DNA from: Escherichia phage JLBYU10
DNA: 50,987 nucleotides
Sequence record: OK272486.1
Reading direction: 5' to 3' (one strand)
Shown here: positions 34,290 to 44,841 of the stretch, one piece after another
How the letters are laid out: each line of letters begins with the position of its first letter
Numbering within the stretch: position 1 is the stretch's first letter
Made by a program: the position numbers and the translations under genes
The notes under the pieces: generated by a model
What the model was told of the DNA's origin: nothing
What the model saw: only the letters and a program-made list of their open reading frames with translations
Databases searched by the model: none

Positions 34290-36971
34290 ATGGCTGAAAA
34301 ATACGCTGGCCTAACGCTAGGCGTTGACGTGTCGCAGGTCAACAATGCTGTTAAATCATTGCAGCAATTCAAGAAGGCAAACGACGACGCAAAAAAAAGC
34401 GTTAATGAATTTGTTGATTCTGAGGTTGTGGCCCGACAGCAAGCAAAACAGCTTGCCGAAGAACTGGCGCGCCAGAAAGCAGAATTTAAGAAAATCCAGG
34501 AGTCAATTGATCCCACTGCATCAAAGATGGATAAGCTGCGAAAGGCAGCGACACAGCTTGATGCGCTATGGAAAAAGGGCGTTGTTCCTGATCAGACTTT
34601 TTTTGAGCTTGGATCAATTCTTGAGACGCAGCAAAACAAGCTGATCGCAACAAAAAAAGCGATGACGGAGGAAGGCCGCGCGGCGCTTGAGGAATCAAAG
34701 AACAAAGCGCGTGCAGCGGAAGAGGCTAAAAAATTCGTCCAGGCTTTGCGTGAGCAGGAAGAAGCAGCCGGAAAAAGCAAGTCTGAATTGCTGGAAATGA
34801 AAGCGGCACAGCTTGGTGTTAGCCAGGAGGCAGCGCCTTACATCGCAAGGCTGAAAGAGCAGGAAAAGCAGATCCAAAAACTTGGAATTTCTACGGGCCA
34901 ATACAAACAAGCAATGGCGCAATTGCCAATGCAGATCACAGACGTGGTGACTTCACTTGCTTCTGGAATGCCTGTTTGGTTGGTCGCAATCCAGCAGGGC
35001 GGACAGATTAAGGATTCTTTTGGTGGCGCATCCAATGCTTTAAAAGCGTTGCTATCTTTCCTGAATCCGGTAAACGTGGCGTTTGGCTTGCTTTCCGGTA
35101 CGCTGGCAATTGCTGCATATAATGCCTACAAAACACAGACAGAGTTTGAGGCAATTAAAAAAACCGTTCAGGAAACAACTGGCTTGACTGGTGATTTTGC
35201 CGAAAAGATTGCTACCGGAATACAGGAGCTTTCCGACAAAACAGGCGAAAGCGCCGAAGATCTGGCAAAGGCTTACATCACAACGAAAGACGGCGCGAGC
35301 GAGGCGATTAAAAAACTGGTTGACGTTGGCATGACTTATGATGACGCAAAAAAGAAAGTCAACGAGTACAAGGGCGCGTCTAGCTTTGTCAGCTTGAATA
35401 ACGAAATTGCAAACCACAAAAACAAAGTCCTTGAGTTGGGCGATTCGTGGTATGAGGTTTTGAAAGCGAAGCGTGATTACGCTTCCCCGTCCGGCGGCCT
35501 GTTAGGTAAGGAGCTTGGCTATGTTAACCCTATGCTTAAGTTTGCACTTAACACTTATGAAGACATTGGAAAGGTCGTAAAAGATGCGAATAAGGACATG
35601 GCGGAACGAGCGGAGCGAATCGACAAAGAAAACCTGGCCTTAAACAGAGTGCGCGCAGCACAGGAGGCTTTAAACAAAGCTATTGAGGATCAGAAAAATG
35701 TGGCGCGTTCGGCTGATGAAGAACTGAAAAAGCGCGCGGCTGAAAACGTGGAGTTTAGGCGCAAAGAGCTTGAGGAAATCAAGAAGCAGGAGCAGAAAAA
35801 GAAAGAGGCTAAAGGTGGAATAGTTCGCGGCCCGACTGAGCAGCTTGATAAAGAGTTGTACGTTTTAAAAGCGCAACTGGAGATGCTTAAAGAGCATCGC
35901 ACTGTTAACGATGTTATTTCTCGCCAGCGTAAATCATTATGGAGTATCGAAAAGCAGATCGAGATCCTGGAGGAAGCGCAGAGCAAGCGTAAATTGACCG
36001 GAGCGGAACAGGCGCTACTAAACGAGCAAAAAGCCGTTCTTGAAATGGCAAGGCAAAAAGCGGAGCTAGGGGATCAGATTGTTTTGCAGGAGCGCAAAAA
36101 CAAGCTGGAGCAAGATAGCATTAAGTTTATCCGTGAAACTCAGGCGGCTATTGATGTGCTTGGCCTTAAGCAACTTGGCTACACTGAAAAGCAGATCGAG
36201 CGTGAGCTAGAGTTACGCAAGCTGCGCACCGACTACGAGTCGCAAGGCGGAAGCGTTAGCGATGAAGTTTTTCAGCAAATGGAGGCGAAACTTAAGCAGT
36301 ATTATCAGACACAGGATGAGGTTCAAGGCAACTGGTTGGCAGGAGCAAAAAACGCATGGGAGATGTTCGCGGAAGATGCAAACAATGCCTATGGCAATGT
36401 TCAGCAGATCGCAAGCGAGGCGTTAAACGGCCTTACAAACCAATTAGCGAATTTTATCGCTACTGGCAAGGCAAACTTTAAAGACTTCTCGACGGCTATC
36501 ATCAAAATGATTATTCAGATGATCACGAAAATGGTCGTCTTTAATGCGTTATCTGGTCTGATGGGTGGTCAAACCTGGACGATGGGGAGCTTGCTTAAGA
36601 ATATTGGCGGATTTGCTGGCGGTGGATACACTGGCGACGGCGGGAAGTATGAGCCAGCCGGAATTGTCCATAAAGGTGAATTTGTCATGACGAAGGAGGC
36701 GACTCAGCGTATTGGGGTAGGAAACTTGTACCGCATGATGCGAGGCTATGCTAACGGCGGCGTTGTTGGTAGTTCCGGCTATACTGGCGGTGGCGCTGTA
36801 ACTGGTGGAGCACCTCAATTTAACATCGGCGGGATTGATGTTAGCATCACTAACGGAAACGATCCGAAGGGCATCGAAACTGGTGTTAAGATGATCTTTA
36901 CTGATATGATTAAACGTTCCTGTATGCAGGGCGGCGAGGTTTACGAATTTGTTATGAGCAAGCGAGGTTGA
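34290..36971 (+). CDS. tail tape measure protein
   Basis: 893 aa, long coiled-coil-rich, Gly-rich C-terminal region; after chaperone pair. Confidence 0.75.
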   Translation: MAEKYAGLTLGVDVSQVNNAVKSLQQFKKANDDAKKSVNEFVDSEVVARQQAKQLAEELARQKAEFKKIQESIDPTASKMDKLRKAATQLDALWKKGVVPDQTFFELGSILETQQNKLIATKKAMTEEGRAALEESKNKARAAEEAKKFVQALREQEEAAGKSKSELLEMKAAQLGVSQEAAPYIARLKEQEKQIQKLGISTGQYKQAMAQLPMQITDVVTSLASGMPVWLVAIQQGGQIKDSFGGASNALKALLSFLNPVNVAFGLLSGTLAIAAYNAYKTQTEFEAIKKTVQETTGLTGDFAEKIATGIQELSDKTGESAEDLAKAYITTKDGASEAIKKLVDVGMTYDDAKKKVNEYKGASSFVSLNNEIANHKNKVLELGDSWYEVLKAKRDYASPSGGLLGKELGYVNPMLKFALNTYEDIGKVVKDANKDMAERAERIDKENLALNRVRAAQEALNKAIEDQKNVARSADEELKKRAAENVEFRRKELEEIKKQEQKKKEAKGGIVRGPTEQLDKELYVLKAQLEMLKEHRTVNDVISRQRKSLWSIEKQIEILEEAQSKRKLTGAEQALLNEQKAVLEMARQKAELGDQIVLQERKNKLEQDSIKFIRETQAAIDVLGLKQLGYTEKQIERELELRKLRTDYESQGGSVSDEVFQQMEAKLKQYYQTQDEVQGNWLAGAKNAWEMFAEDANNAYGNVQQIASEALNGLTNQLANFIATGKANFKDFSTAIIKMIIQMITKMVVFNALSGLMGGQTWTMGSLLKNIGGFAGGGYTGDGGKYEPAGIVHKGEFVMTKEATQRIGVGNLYRMMRGYANGGVVGSSGYTGGGAVTGGAPQFNIGGIDVSITNGNDPKGIETGVKMIFTDMIKRSCMQGGEVYEFVMSKRG

Positions 36972-37324
36972 TAATGAAGCTGGATCAGTTTAAGTGGTGC
37001 ACGCAGGTTCAGAACGGTGGCGGGTCCATGACGTCATCAAATAACGATCGAGAGATTGCATTCGGTAACGGATACACACAGGTAGCATCTGGAGGCTTTA
37101 ACACAATCCGGCGAGAGTTTAGCATTGTTTACGCTGGGCTTGATTACAGAGATGTTGTCAAGTTCCTAAATGAGCACAGACTAAAACCTTTCTTGTGGAT
37201 TATGCCTGATGGAAGCCCTGGATTGTTCAGAGTGAAAAGCGGTAGCGTCGGCCTTACTCCATTGTCGCCAACCGTTCAGGAAGTAAAAGCCACTTTTACG
37301 GAGCAATTTACATCAATGCAGTAA
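36968..37324 (+). CDS. minor tail protein (lambda M-like)
   Basis: ~118 aa ORF directly after tape measure gene. Confidence 0.5.
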   Translation: MIMKLDQFKWCTQVQNGGGSMTSSNNDREIAFGNGYTQVASGGFNTIRREFSIVYAGLDYRDVVKFLNEHRLKPFLWIMPDGSPGLFRVKSGSVGLTPLSPTVQEVKATFTEQFTSMQ

Positions 37325-37327
37325 TTT

Positions 37328-37353
37328 AAAGCCGCCTTTGTGCGGCTTTTTTC
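37328..37353 (+). terminator. rho-independent terminator
   Basis: AGCCGC..GCGGCT stem followed by T-run. Confidence 0.5.
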
Positions 37354-37386
37354 TTGATGTTACAATGAGCAAAAAGGAGGTAGAAA

Positions 37387-38148
37387 ATGGCTAATAAAGA
37401 ATCAGGTAGAGTTGAATTTGAGAACTGCCTACAAAGTTTGTACCCAGGTGAAATTATAACGCTTGTAGAGATTGACGGGACGAAGTTCGGGGCAAATATT
37501 TACCGATTTCACAATGAGAACATCTCTTATACTGCCGAAGAATTAATGCAAGCGCAGCAAACCGGAATCTTGCCGCCGAAAGATATTATTTTTCAGGGTG
37601 AGGTTTACGGAGCGCGGCCTTTCGGTGTGAGCGGGATTAACTTCACAAGTAACGGCAGGGCAGATAAGCCTCAGCTTATAGTGTCAAACCTTGACAGCAG
37701 GGTTAGCGCCATGATCAGAAACTACAATGGCATGATGCAAGCAAAGGTGACTTTCTGGATTACGGCAAAGGAATTTATAGGAGAAGGCGGAGCAATCAAA
37801 GATGGCGCTTACAGAAAATTGGTTTATTACATTGAGCGCCCAAGCCAGTATAATAGAGAGGTGGCGAAATTTGATCTGACATCGCCTTACGATATGGATG
37901 GATTAATGATCCCGCCGCGCATCACTCAAAGCGTTTGCTATTGGGCGCAAAGGGGGTGGTACAGGAGCGGAAAGGGTTGCTCTTATAACGGATCGGCAAT
38001 GTTCGATAAAGACAATAAGCCAGTAACAGATCCATCACAAGACTATTGCGCAGGAACTGTAACGGCTTGCAAATTGAGATTCGGTCAGCAAAACGAGTTG
38101 GATTTCGGCGGCTGTGCGGTGGCATCACTGCTACGGAGGAATCAATAA
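37387..38148 (+). CDS. minor tail protein (lambda L-like, C-terminal Cys cluster)
   Basis: 253 aa with C-terminal cysteines CYWAQ...GCSYNG...YCAGTVTAC. Confidence 0.55.
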   Translation: MANKESGRVEFENCLQSLYPGEIITLVEIDGTKFGANIYRFHNENISYTAEELMQAQQTGILPPKDIIFQGEVYGARPFGVSGINFTSNGRADKPQLIVSNLDSRVSAMIRNYNGMMQAKVTFWITAKEFIGEGGAIKDGAYRKLVYYIERPSQYNREVAKFDLTSPYDMDGLMIPPRITQSVCYWAQRGWYRSGKGCSYNGSAMFDKDNKPVTDPSQDYCAGTVTACKLRFGQQNELDFGGCAVASLLRRNQ

Positions 38149-38879
38149 TGATTAGTGCAAAAATTAAACTTGAAATAATGCAGCACGTTAAAGAGGAATA
38201 CCCTAAAGAGGCTTGCGGCGTCATAACTCAAAAGTCACGGGTACAGAAATATCACCGCATAACCAACGTTCATGACGATCCAGAAAATCATTTTGAAATG
38301 GACGCCGTAGAATACGCTGAATCGCTCGACAAAGGCGAATTAATCGCGGTGGTGCATTCCCATTGCGGGGATGGTGCTAGCACGATACCGAGCGCGCACG
38401 ACTCATGTATGTGCGATGAAATGGGTGTGTCGTGGATTATAGTGTCATGGCCCGAAGGTGATATGAGAATTGTCGAGCCGCAGGAGAGGCCGCTTATCGG
38501 TCGCCCGTGGTCGCTGGGGTCGTTCGATTGCTGGGGTCTTATCATGGCATGGCATAAACAGCACGGAGTAGTATTGAATGACTTCCGAAAGCCTTACGAG
38601 TGGTGGAGGTCAGAATATGGTGAAAATCTTTACCAGGATAATTATTTGAAAGAGGGATTTGTTGAAACTAACGAGCCTCCAAAACCTGGTGATATGGTGA
38701 TTATGCAGCTATCATCGCCAGTCTGGAATCATGCGGGGATTTATTTGGGTAACAATCAGCTATTACATCATGCGTTTGGAAAGCTATCTCGCATTGACTT
38801 GTATTCTGGATGGTATCAGGAGCACACTGTAAAAATTTGCCGACATAAGGATCTGAAATATGACATTGAAAGTAATTAA
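38148..38879 (+). CDS. tail assembly protein (lambda K-like, MPN/JAMM plus NlpC/P60-like)
   Basis: ORF 38046..38879 trimmed to Met with GGAGG RBS; EACGV and HSHCGDGASTIPSAHD JAMM-like motif. Confidence 0.55.
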   Translation: MISAKIKLEIMQHVKEEYPKEACGVITQKSRVQKYHRITNVHDDPENHFEMDAVEYAESLDKGELIAVVHSHCGDGASTIPSAHDSCMCDEMGVSWIIVSWPEGDMRIVEPQERPLIGRPWSLGSFDCWGLIMAWHKQHGVVLNDFRKPYEWWRSEYGENLYQDNYLKEGFVETNEPPKPGDMVIMQLSSPVWNHAGIYLGNNQLLHHAFGKLSRIDLYSGWYQEHTVKICRHKDLKYDIESN

Positions 38880-39456
38880 GCTATCTGGTTCCCTGGGGCG
38901 TAGATTTGGCGTCTTTCACAAAATGGCGGTTGACTCATACCCCGAAGCAATACGCGCGTTATCTTCCCAGGTTGAAGGGTTCAAAGACTACATGCAAAGC
39001 GAAGTAGGATCGCGCATGAAATACGCTGTATTCGTTGATGGAAAAAACATTGGTCAGCATGATGAAAAATCATGGAAGTGCGCGCGAGAGGTTCGAATAG
39101 TTCCTGTTCCAACTGGTTCTAAGTCCGGCGGCCTGTTCAATGTTGTTTTTGGTGCTGTAATTATGGCTACTGCGTTCATTACTGGCGGTGGAAGCCTGGC
39201 GCTTATGGGCGCTTTTGCATCTTCCGCATTTATGATGGGTGGTGCTATAGCGCTTGGCGGTGTCATGCAAATGATCTCACCGCAGCAGGGCGGAATGAAA
39301 CTGCAAAGCCAATCAGCGGAAAACAAGCCTTCTTACGCTTTCGGCGGTGCAGTAAATACCACGGCGGCAGGTTATCCGGTTCCGTTGCCATATGGATATA
39401 GGACAGTCGGCGGCGCGATCTGGTCGGCTGGCAGCTACGCAGAGGACAAAGCATAA
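38860..39456 (+). CDS. tail assembly protein (lambda I-like)
   Basis: ORF between K-like and J-like genes; Gly/Ala-rich hydrophobic C-terminal half. Confidence 0.5.
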   Translation: MTLKVIKLSGSLGRRFGVFHKMAVDSYPEAIRALSSQVEGFKDYMQSEVGSRMKYAVFVDGKNIGQHDEKSWKCAREVRIVPVPTGSKSGGLFNVVFGAVIMATAFITGGGSLALMGAFASSAFMMGGAIALGGVMQMISPQQGGMKLQSQSAENKPSYAFGGAVNTTAAGYPVPLPYGYRTVGGAIWSAGSYAEDKA

Positions 39457-39500
39457 ATAGCACAATATGTTAAAGCGAAAACGGATTTTCGCTTTACAAT
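39457..39500 (+). promoter_or_regulatory. Motif-type promoter-like unit (ATAGCACAATATGTTAAAG), hairpin GCGAAAA..TTTTCGC, TACAAT
   Basis: Motif adjacent to TAA stop of I-like gene; precedes HNH gene inserted in tail module. Confidence 0.45.
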
Positions 39501-39517
39501 TAATTAAGGAGGTGATC

Positions 39518-39994
39518 ATGTGGCGTGATATTTTTTATTATAATGACGGTAAGTTATTTTGGGCTGTAGACGTAGGAAGAAGGATAAAGAAAGGAAGTGA
39601 GGCAGGAAGCGTAAGCAAAAGCAAGAAGAGTGGAGAAAGGGTTAGAATATCAATTGATGGAGAAAGATACTACAGGAGCAGGATAGTTTGGGAAATTCAT
39701 AATGGAGAAATACCGCATGGAATGCAAGTTGATCACATAGATCACAACACAATGAACGACAATATTTCAAACTTAAGACTTGTTAGAATGAGTGTTAACA
39801 ACAAGAATAAGTCGCTTTACAGGAACAGCAAGACGGGAATTACTGGGGTAAACTTTAGTCGCGGAAAATGGATTGCAAGAGCAAAGATTGATGGTGTTAG
39901 GCATGAATTTTACTTTGATTCATTTCAGGATGCGGCAGAAAAGAGGATAGAGATTGAAGTTTTAAACAAATTCCACATAAACCACGGAAAGTAG
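39518..39994 (+). CDS. HNH homing endonuclease (paralog of 11806..12333)
   Basis: ORF 39467..39994 trimmed to Met with AAGGAGG RBS; VDHIDHNTMNDN HNH signature; shared C-terminal ...HGK. Confidence 0.65.
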   Translation: MWRDIFYYNDGKLFWAVDVGRRIKKGSEAGSVSKSKKSGERVRISIDGERYYRSRIVWEIHNGEIPHGMQVDHIDHNTMNDNISNLRLVRMSVNNKNKSLYRNSKTGITGVNFSRGKWIARAKIDGVRHEFYFDSFQDAAEKRIEIEVLNKFHINHGK

Positions 39995-39997
39995 ATT

Positions 39998-40023
39998 TAA
40001 CCAGCATTGCGCTGGTTTTTTTG
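39998..40023 (+). terminator. rho-independent terminator after HNH gene
   Basis: CCAGC..GCTGG stem followed by T7. Confidence 0.55.
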
Positions 40024-40071
40024 TGCATTTATAATGTGCAAACCAAGAAACAGCACAAAAGGTTAAAAGTC

Positions 40072-43000
40072 ATGGCTAAATATATGATAAGCGGCAGTAA
40101 GGGCGGAAGCAAAAAGCCATACGTGCCAAAAGAGATGGAAGATAACCTGATCTCGATAAACAAGATTAAAGTTTTGCTGGCTGTATCTGATGGCGAGTGC
40201 GATCCAGATTTCACGTTGCGTGATCTTTATCTTGATGATGTTCCGGTTATTGCCAGCGATGGCACTGTTAACTATGAGGGGGTAACGGCTGAATATAGAC
40301 CAGGCACACAGACGCAAGATTACATCCAGGGGTTTACTGACACATCAAGCGAGGTGACAGTTTCGCGAGACATTACAACAGACAATCCCTATATTATCTC
40401 TGTGACAAACAAAAATCTTTCTGCAATAAGAATCAAGATTCTGATGCCAGTTGGCATAAAACAGGAGGATAACGGCGATCTTGTTGGCGTAAGGGTTGAG
40501 TATGCCGTAGATATGGCTATTGATGGCGGTTCTTATAGCGAGGTTATGAGAGATGTAATTGACGGCAAGACAAGATCAGGATACGACCGCAGCAGAAGGA
40601 TTGATCTTCCTAAGTTTGATGAGCGCGTTTTAATCCGAGTAAAGCGACTGACTCCAGACAGCACATCTTCAAAGGTGACTGATAAAATCAAGCTGCAAAG
40701 TTACGCTGAGGTTGTTGATGCAAAATTCCGTTATCCTCTGACTGGCCTTGTATTCGTAGAATTTGACAGCGAATTGTTTCCTACGCAAATCCCTAACATT
40801 TCTATAAAAAAGAAATGGAAGATTATTAATGTGCCAAGCAACTATGATCCAATATCAAGAGAATATCACGGGTCATGGGATGGGACTTTTAAAAAAGCGT
40901 GGTCAAATAATCCCGCTTGGGTTCTTTATGATCTGGTGACAAATCAGCGTTATGGACTTGATCAGCGAGAGTTAGGAATACAGATCGACAAGTGGAGCTT
41001 ATACGAGGCGGGCGTTTACTGTGATCAGAAAGTTCCAGACGGTAAGGGCGGTACAGAGCCTCGCTACCTATGCGATGTAGTTATCCAGAATCAGGTTGAG
41101 GCTTATCAGCTAATCCGTGACATTTGCTCAATCTTTCGCGGAATGAGCTTTTGGAATGGTGAGAGCTTATCAATCGTGATTGATAAGCCGCGCGATCCAT
41201 CATACGTGTTTACTAATGAAAACGTCATCAACGGTGATTTTCAGTACACAACCGCAAGCGAAAAAAGCATGTACACGCAATGTAATGTGACGTTTGACGA
41301 CGAACAAAACATGTATCAACAGGACGTCGAGGGGGTTTTTGATACTGAGGCGGCATTACGATTTGGATACAATCCAACAAGCATTACAGCGATCGGATGT
41401 ACACGCAGGAGTGAAGCGAATCGTCGCGGTCGGTGGGTTTTGAAAACAAACCTTAGAAGCACTACTGTAAACTTTGCTACCGGACTAGAGGGGATGATTC
41501 CATCCATAGGTGATGTGATTGCTATCGCTGATAATTTTCAGAGCAGCAATCTAACGTTAAATCTTTCGGGCCGAGTAATGGAAGTTTCAGGCTTGCAAGT
41601 TTTCGTTCCGTTTAAAGTTGATGCGCGTCCTGGTGATTTTATTATCATCAATAAGCCGGACGGCAAGCCAGTTAAGCGAACGATCTCAAAGGTGAGCGCA
41701 GACGGAAAAACCATTGAGTTAAATATTGGCTTTGGTTTTGATGTTAAGCCTGATACTGTTTTTGCGATTGACCGTACTGACCTTGCGTTGCAGCAATACG
41801 TTGTGACAACTATCAGCAAGGGTGATGACGAAAACGAGTTTACCTATTCAATCACGGCTGTAGAGTACGATCCGAACAAATACGACGAGATTGATTATGG
41901 AGTAAACATTGATGACAGGCCAACTTCAATTGTTCAGCCTGACGTGATGGCAGCGCCTGAGAACGTGCAGATCTCATCTTATTCTCGCGTCGTGCAGGGC
42001 GTCAGCGTTGAAACTATGGTTGTGTCGTGGGAAAAAGTGCCTTATGCGTCACTGTATGAAATGCAATGGCGAAAAGGTGATGGCAACTGGCTGAATACGC
42101 CGCAGACAGCTAACAAAGAGATAGAGGTAGAAGGAATTTATTCTGGTAACTACCAAGTAAGGGTTAGATCTGTTTCTGCAAGCGGTAACACTTCCCCGTG
42201 GTCAAAGATTGCAACCGCAACCCTGACAGGTAAAGTTGGCGAGCCAGGAGCGCCGATTAATCTTACAGCTTCTGATAATGAAGTTTTTGGCATTCGTGTC
42301 AAATGGGGTATGCCGGAAGGATCAGGCGATACGGCTTACATTGAGCTTCACCAATCGCCAGACGGAACGGTTGAAAACTCAAGCCTGCTTACGCTGATTC
42401 CATATCCTCAATATGAGTATTGGCATAGCACGTTACCAGCGGGTCAAGTTGTATGGTATAGAATCCGTAGCGTTGACAGGATCGGCAACGTTTCCGGCTG
42501 GACTGACTTTGTTCGCGGCATGGCGTCAGATGATGTTGAATCTGTTTTAGGCGACATTCTGGACAAGATTTTTGATACCGAAGCGGGTCAAGAAATCAAA
42601 GAGAACGCCATAGACAGTGCAAACAAAATCAAAGACCAGGCGCAATCAATCATCCAGAACGCATTGGCAAACGATGCTGATGTGAAGTGGACGCGAGTAC
42701 AAAACGGAAAGCGTAAGGCTGAATATGGTCATGCACTGGAGCTTATTGCTACCGAAACGGAGGCGCGAGTAACTCAAATCGAAGAGTTAAAGGCGTCAAT
42801 TGATGAAGATATAGTTTCAAGTATCAAAACCGTTCAGGAAGCGATTGCCAACGAATCAGAGACGCGAGCTACTCAAGTGCAGCAACTTGATTCTAAATTT
42901 ACGAAGGAAATAGACGGCGTAAAACAAGATACGGCTGCAAGCATTGGCGAGGTAAGGCAAACCATTACCAATGAATCAGAAGCGCGTGCGCAAGCCGTTC

Positions 43001-43650
43001 AGCAGCTTGACGCTAAGTTTTCGAAAGAGATTAATGACCTTAACGATGCAATCAAGGTTGATGTTGAGGCGAACATATCAGAAGTAAGACAGGCTATCGC
43101 TAATGAGACAGAGGCAAGGGTTCAGGCTGACCAGGCTTTAACAGCCAAATTCGGAGACGTTGAATCAGCACTAGCCGAAAAACTTGATTCGTGGGCTAAC
43201 GTTGATTCGGTTGGCGCTAAGTACGCTATGAAATTGGGCCTTACTTACAAGGGGCAGAAGTACAGCGCAGGCATGATCATGCAGTTGTCGCAATCTTCTC
43301 AAGGCCTGATCTCGCAAATCTTGTTCGATGCTAACAGGTTCGCGATCATGACTAGCTCTACTGGCGGTACGTTTACATTGCCGTTTGTAGTAGAAAATAA
43401 CCAGGTGTTTATCAACAGTTTGTTGGTGAAAAACGGGTCCATTACTAACGCAATGATTGGTAACGTGATTCAGTCAAATAACTTTGTTCAGAATCAGCAA
43501 GGATGGAGGCTTGATAAAAATGGTAACTTTGAGAACTACGGAACTAGAGCGGGAGAAGGAGCTACAAAATTCACTAACGAAGGCTTAAAGGTGAAAGATG
43601 CAAATGGACGATTGAGAGTTGAGATAGGGAGAATAACCGGAAGTTGGTAA
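40072..43650 (+). CDS. tail tip / host specificity protein (lambda J-like)
   Basis: ORF 40021..43650 trimmed to Met; ~1190 aa; last large gene of tail module. Confidence 0.7.
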   Translation: MAKYMISGSKGGSKKPYVPKEMEDNLISINKIKVLLAVSDGECDPDFTLRDLYLDDVPVIASDGTVNYEGVTAEYRPGTQTQDYIQGFTDTSSEVTVSRDITTDNPYIISVTNKNLSAIRIKILMPVGIKQEDNGDLVGVRVEYAVDMAIDGGSYSEVMRDVIDGKTRSGYDRSRRIDLPKFDERVLIRVKRLTPDSTSSKVTDKIKLQSYAEVVDAKFRYPLTGLVFVEFDSELFPTQIPNISIKKKWKIINVPSNYDPISREYHGSWDGTFKKAWSNNPAWVLYDLVTNQRYGLDQRELGIQIDKWSLYEAGVYCDQKVPDGKGGTEPRYLCDVVIQNQVEAYQLIRDICSIFRGMSFWNGESLSIVIDKPRDPSYVFTNENVINGDFQYTTASEKSMYTQCNVTFDDEQNMYQQDVEGVFDTEAALRFGYNPTSITAIGCTRRSEANRRGRWVLKTNLRSTTVNFATGLEGMIPSIGDVIAIADNFQSSNLTLNLSGRVMEVSGLQVFVPFKVDARPGDFIIINKPDGKPVKRTISKVSADGKTIELNIGFGFDVKPDTVFAIDRTDLALQQYVVTTISKGDDENEFTYSITAVEYDPNKYDEIDYGVNIDDRPTSIVQPDVMAAPENVQISSYSRVVQGVSVETMVVSWEKVPYASLYEMQWRKGDGNWLNTPQTANKEIEVEGIYSGNYQVRVRSVSASGNTSPWSKIATATLTGKVGEPGAPINLTASDNEVFGIRVKWGMPEGSGDTAYIELHQSPDGTVENSSLLTLIPYPQYEYWHSTLPAGQVVWYRIRSVDRIGNVSGWTDFVRGMASDDVESVLGDILDKIFDTEAGQEIKENAIDSANKIKDQAQSIIQNALANDADVKWTRVQNGKRKAEYGHALELIATETEARVTQIEELKASIDEDIVSSIKTVQEAIANESETRATQVQQLDSKFTKEIDGVKQDTAASIGEVRQTITNESEARAQAVQQLDAKFSKEINDLNDAIKVDVEANISEVRQAIANETEARVQADQALTAKFGDVESALAEKLDSWANVDSVGAKYAMKLGLTYKGQKYSAGMIMQLSQSSQGLISQILFDANRFAIMTSSTGGTFTLPFVVENNQVFINSLLVKNGSITNAMIGNVIQSNNFVQNQQGWRLDKNGNFENYGTRAGEGATKFTNEGLKVKDANGRLRVEIGRITGSW

Positions 43651-43680
43651 AAAAAGGGGGCATAGCCCCCTTTAATTTTA
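43651..43680. terminator. bidirectional rho-independent terminator
   Basis: GGGGGC-ATA-GCCCCC stem flanked by A-run and T-run between convergent genes. Confidence 0.6.
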
Positions 43681-44292
43681 ATCATAGTGTGATGAATTTA
43701 TAACCAAAACAGATGAAGCCGTGTAAATACCAACAGGACCAGAAGTTTGTGCAACCTGCCTAGATAAAGAATATACCCCGTTGCCATACGCGGCAGCTTG
43801 AGACTCAAATATCATGAATCCACCTAAAGACGGATTACGCACAGAGTTTAAAGCTGTTAGTGACGGCATGATGGCGCAAGGGTATCCCAAGTTAACGTCA
43901 AAAGTGATCCCGCTTACAGATACAAGTTTTGCATCTAAAGGCTTCATCTTTCCATGATAAACCATCTCACCATTAGCATTATAAAAAGCTATTCCGTGAC
44001 TGCCAGGAGGAGTAACCATATTGCTAAAAGCATAAACAAATACCTCACCTTGATTGTCGGACTTTTCTATCTTTATTGCGTGCTTCCCACCATTATTAAA
44101 TTGAGTAAATGCTATGTATGATTTTGATGTTAACCTTACAAAAAAGAAGCACGGTCTATTTATTGGTATAGAAGTATTAAAAACGGTTCCTGTTTTTGCT
44201 GATATTTTACCTTTATCTATAAGGTTAACAGGAGTGAAATCTGGACTTAACCACAATGATCCGTCTGGTTTTTTTATGCTCATCCCGTACAT
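43678..44292 (-). CDS. putative receptor-binding protein
   Basis: ORF 43678..44304 trimmed to Met with GGGGG RBS; leftward locus directly after J-like gene, co-transcribed with lipoprotein. Confidence 0.35.
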   Translation of the reverse strand: MYGMSIKKPDGSLWLSPDFTPVNLIDKGKISAKTGTVFNTSIPINRPCFFFVRLTSKSYIAFTQFNNGGKHAIKIEKSDNQGEVFVYAFSNMVTPPGSHGIAFYNANGEMVYHGKMKPLDAKLVSVSGITFDVNLGYPCAIMPSLTALNSVRNPSLGGFMIFESQAAAYGNGVYSLSRQVAQTSGPVGIYTASSVLVINSSHYD

Positions 44293-44294
44293 TA

Positions 44295-44573
44295 TTACCC
44301 CCAAAAAGTATATATATATCTTGAGTCAGATCCAGAAAGTCCGCTCCATGTAACGGTATCACCACTTACACCTAAACTTGGAGCGCCAGGATCTCCTCCG
44401 CGCCACGAATTCATTCCAACATATATTGCTTTCAACGACTTACCTGGCGGCCTGTTTGAGTAGGTCTTACTGCCAGATGATTGAGTAAATTTATCCAAGA
44501 AAAAAACTGGAGTTAAAAGGCCAGTAACATTTCTACCTTGCTCATCATATATTGCATACCCATATTCAGCCAT
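44295..44573 (-). CDS. hypothetical protein in receptor-binding locus
   Basis: ORF track; GAGGTG RBS. Confidence 0.4.
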   Translation of the reverse strand: MAEYGYAIYDEQGRNVTGLLTPVFFLDKFTQSSGSKTYSNRPPGKSLKAIYVGMNSWRGGDPGAPSLGVSGDTVTWSGLSGSDSRYIYTFWG

Positions 44574-44841
44574 TTTTGCACCTCAAATCAATGAATTTTC
44601 TTTCATCTTGCCAACGGTTGATAAATTTAACTTCTTTATTGTCAACGCTCAACCTGTATTGCTTTTGGCTGAATCTGTTTTCGCGTACCGCATTAATTTT
44701 AACTTCATGGAATCCGTTAACAGGGAATGTTTTAACGTTAAATTTTGCCGTGCAATCGATCTCCTTGAAGTTGCCAGTAGGCGAAGAAGAACATCCGGTC
44801 AGGGCGGCTACGGTGGCGATAACTGCGATTAATTTTTTCAT
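44566..44841 (-). CDS. lipoprotein (Cor/Llp-like superinfection exclusion candidate)
   Basis: ORF 44566..44847 trimmed to ATG; signal peptide with lipobox ALTGCSS; AAGGGG RBS. Confidence 0.5.
   Translation of the reverse strand: MKKLIAVIATVAALTGCSSSPTGNFKEIDCTAKFNVKTFPVNGFHEVKINAVRENRFSQKQYRLSVDNKEVKFINRWQDERKFIDLRCKNG

Noticed and set aside
34324-36818. Multiple overlapping ORFs inside the tape measure gene on both strands
   Set aside because: Shadow ORFs within a long, compositionally biased gene; the 893-aa frame is the only one with module-consistent position and RBS.
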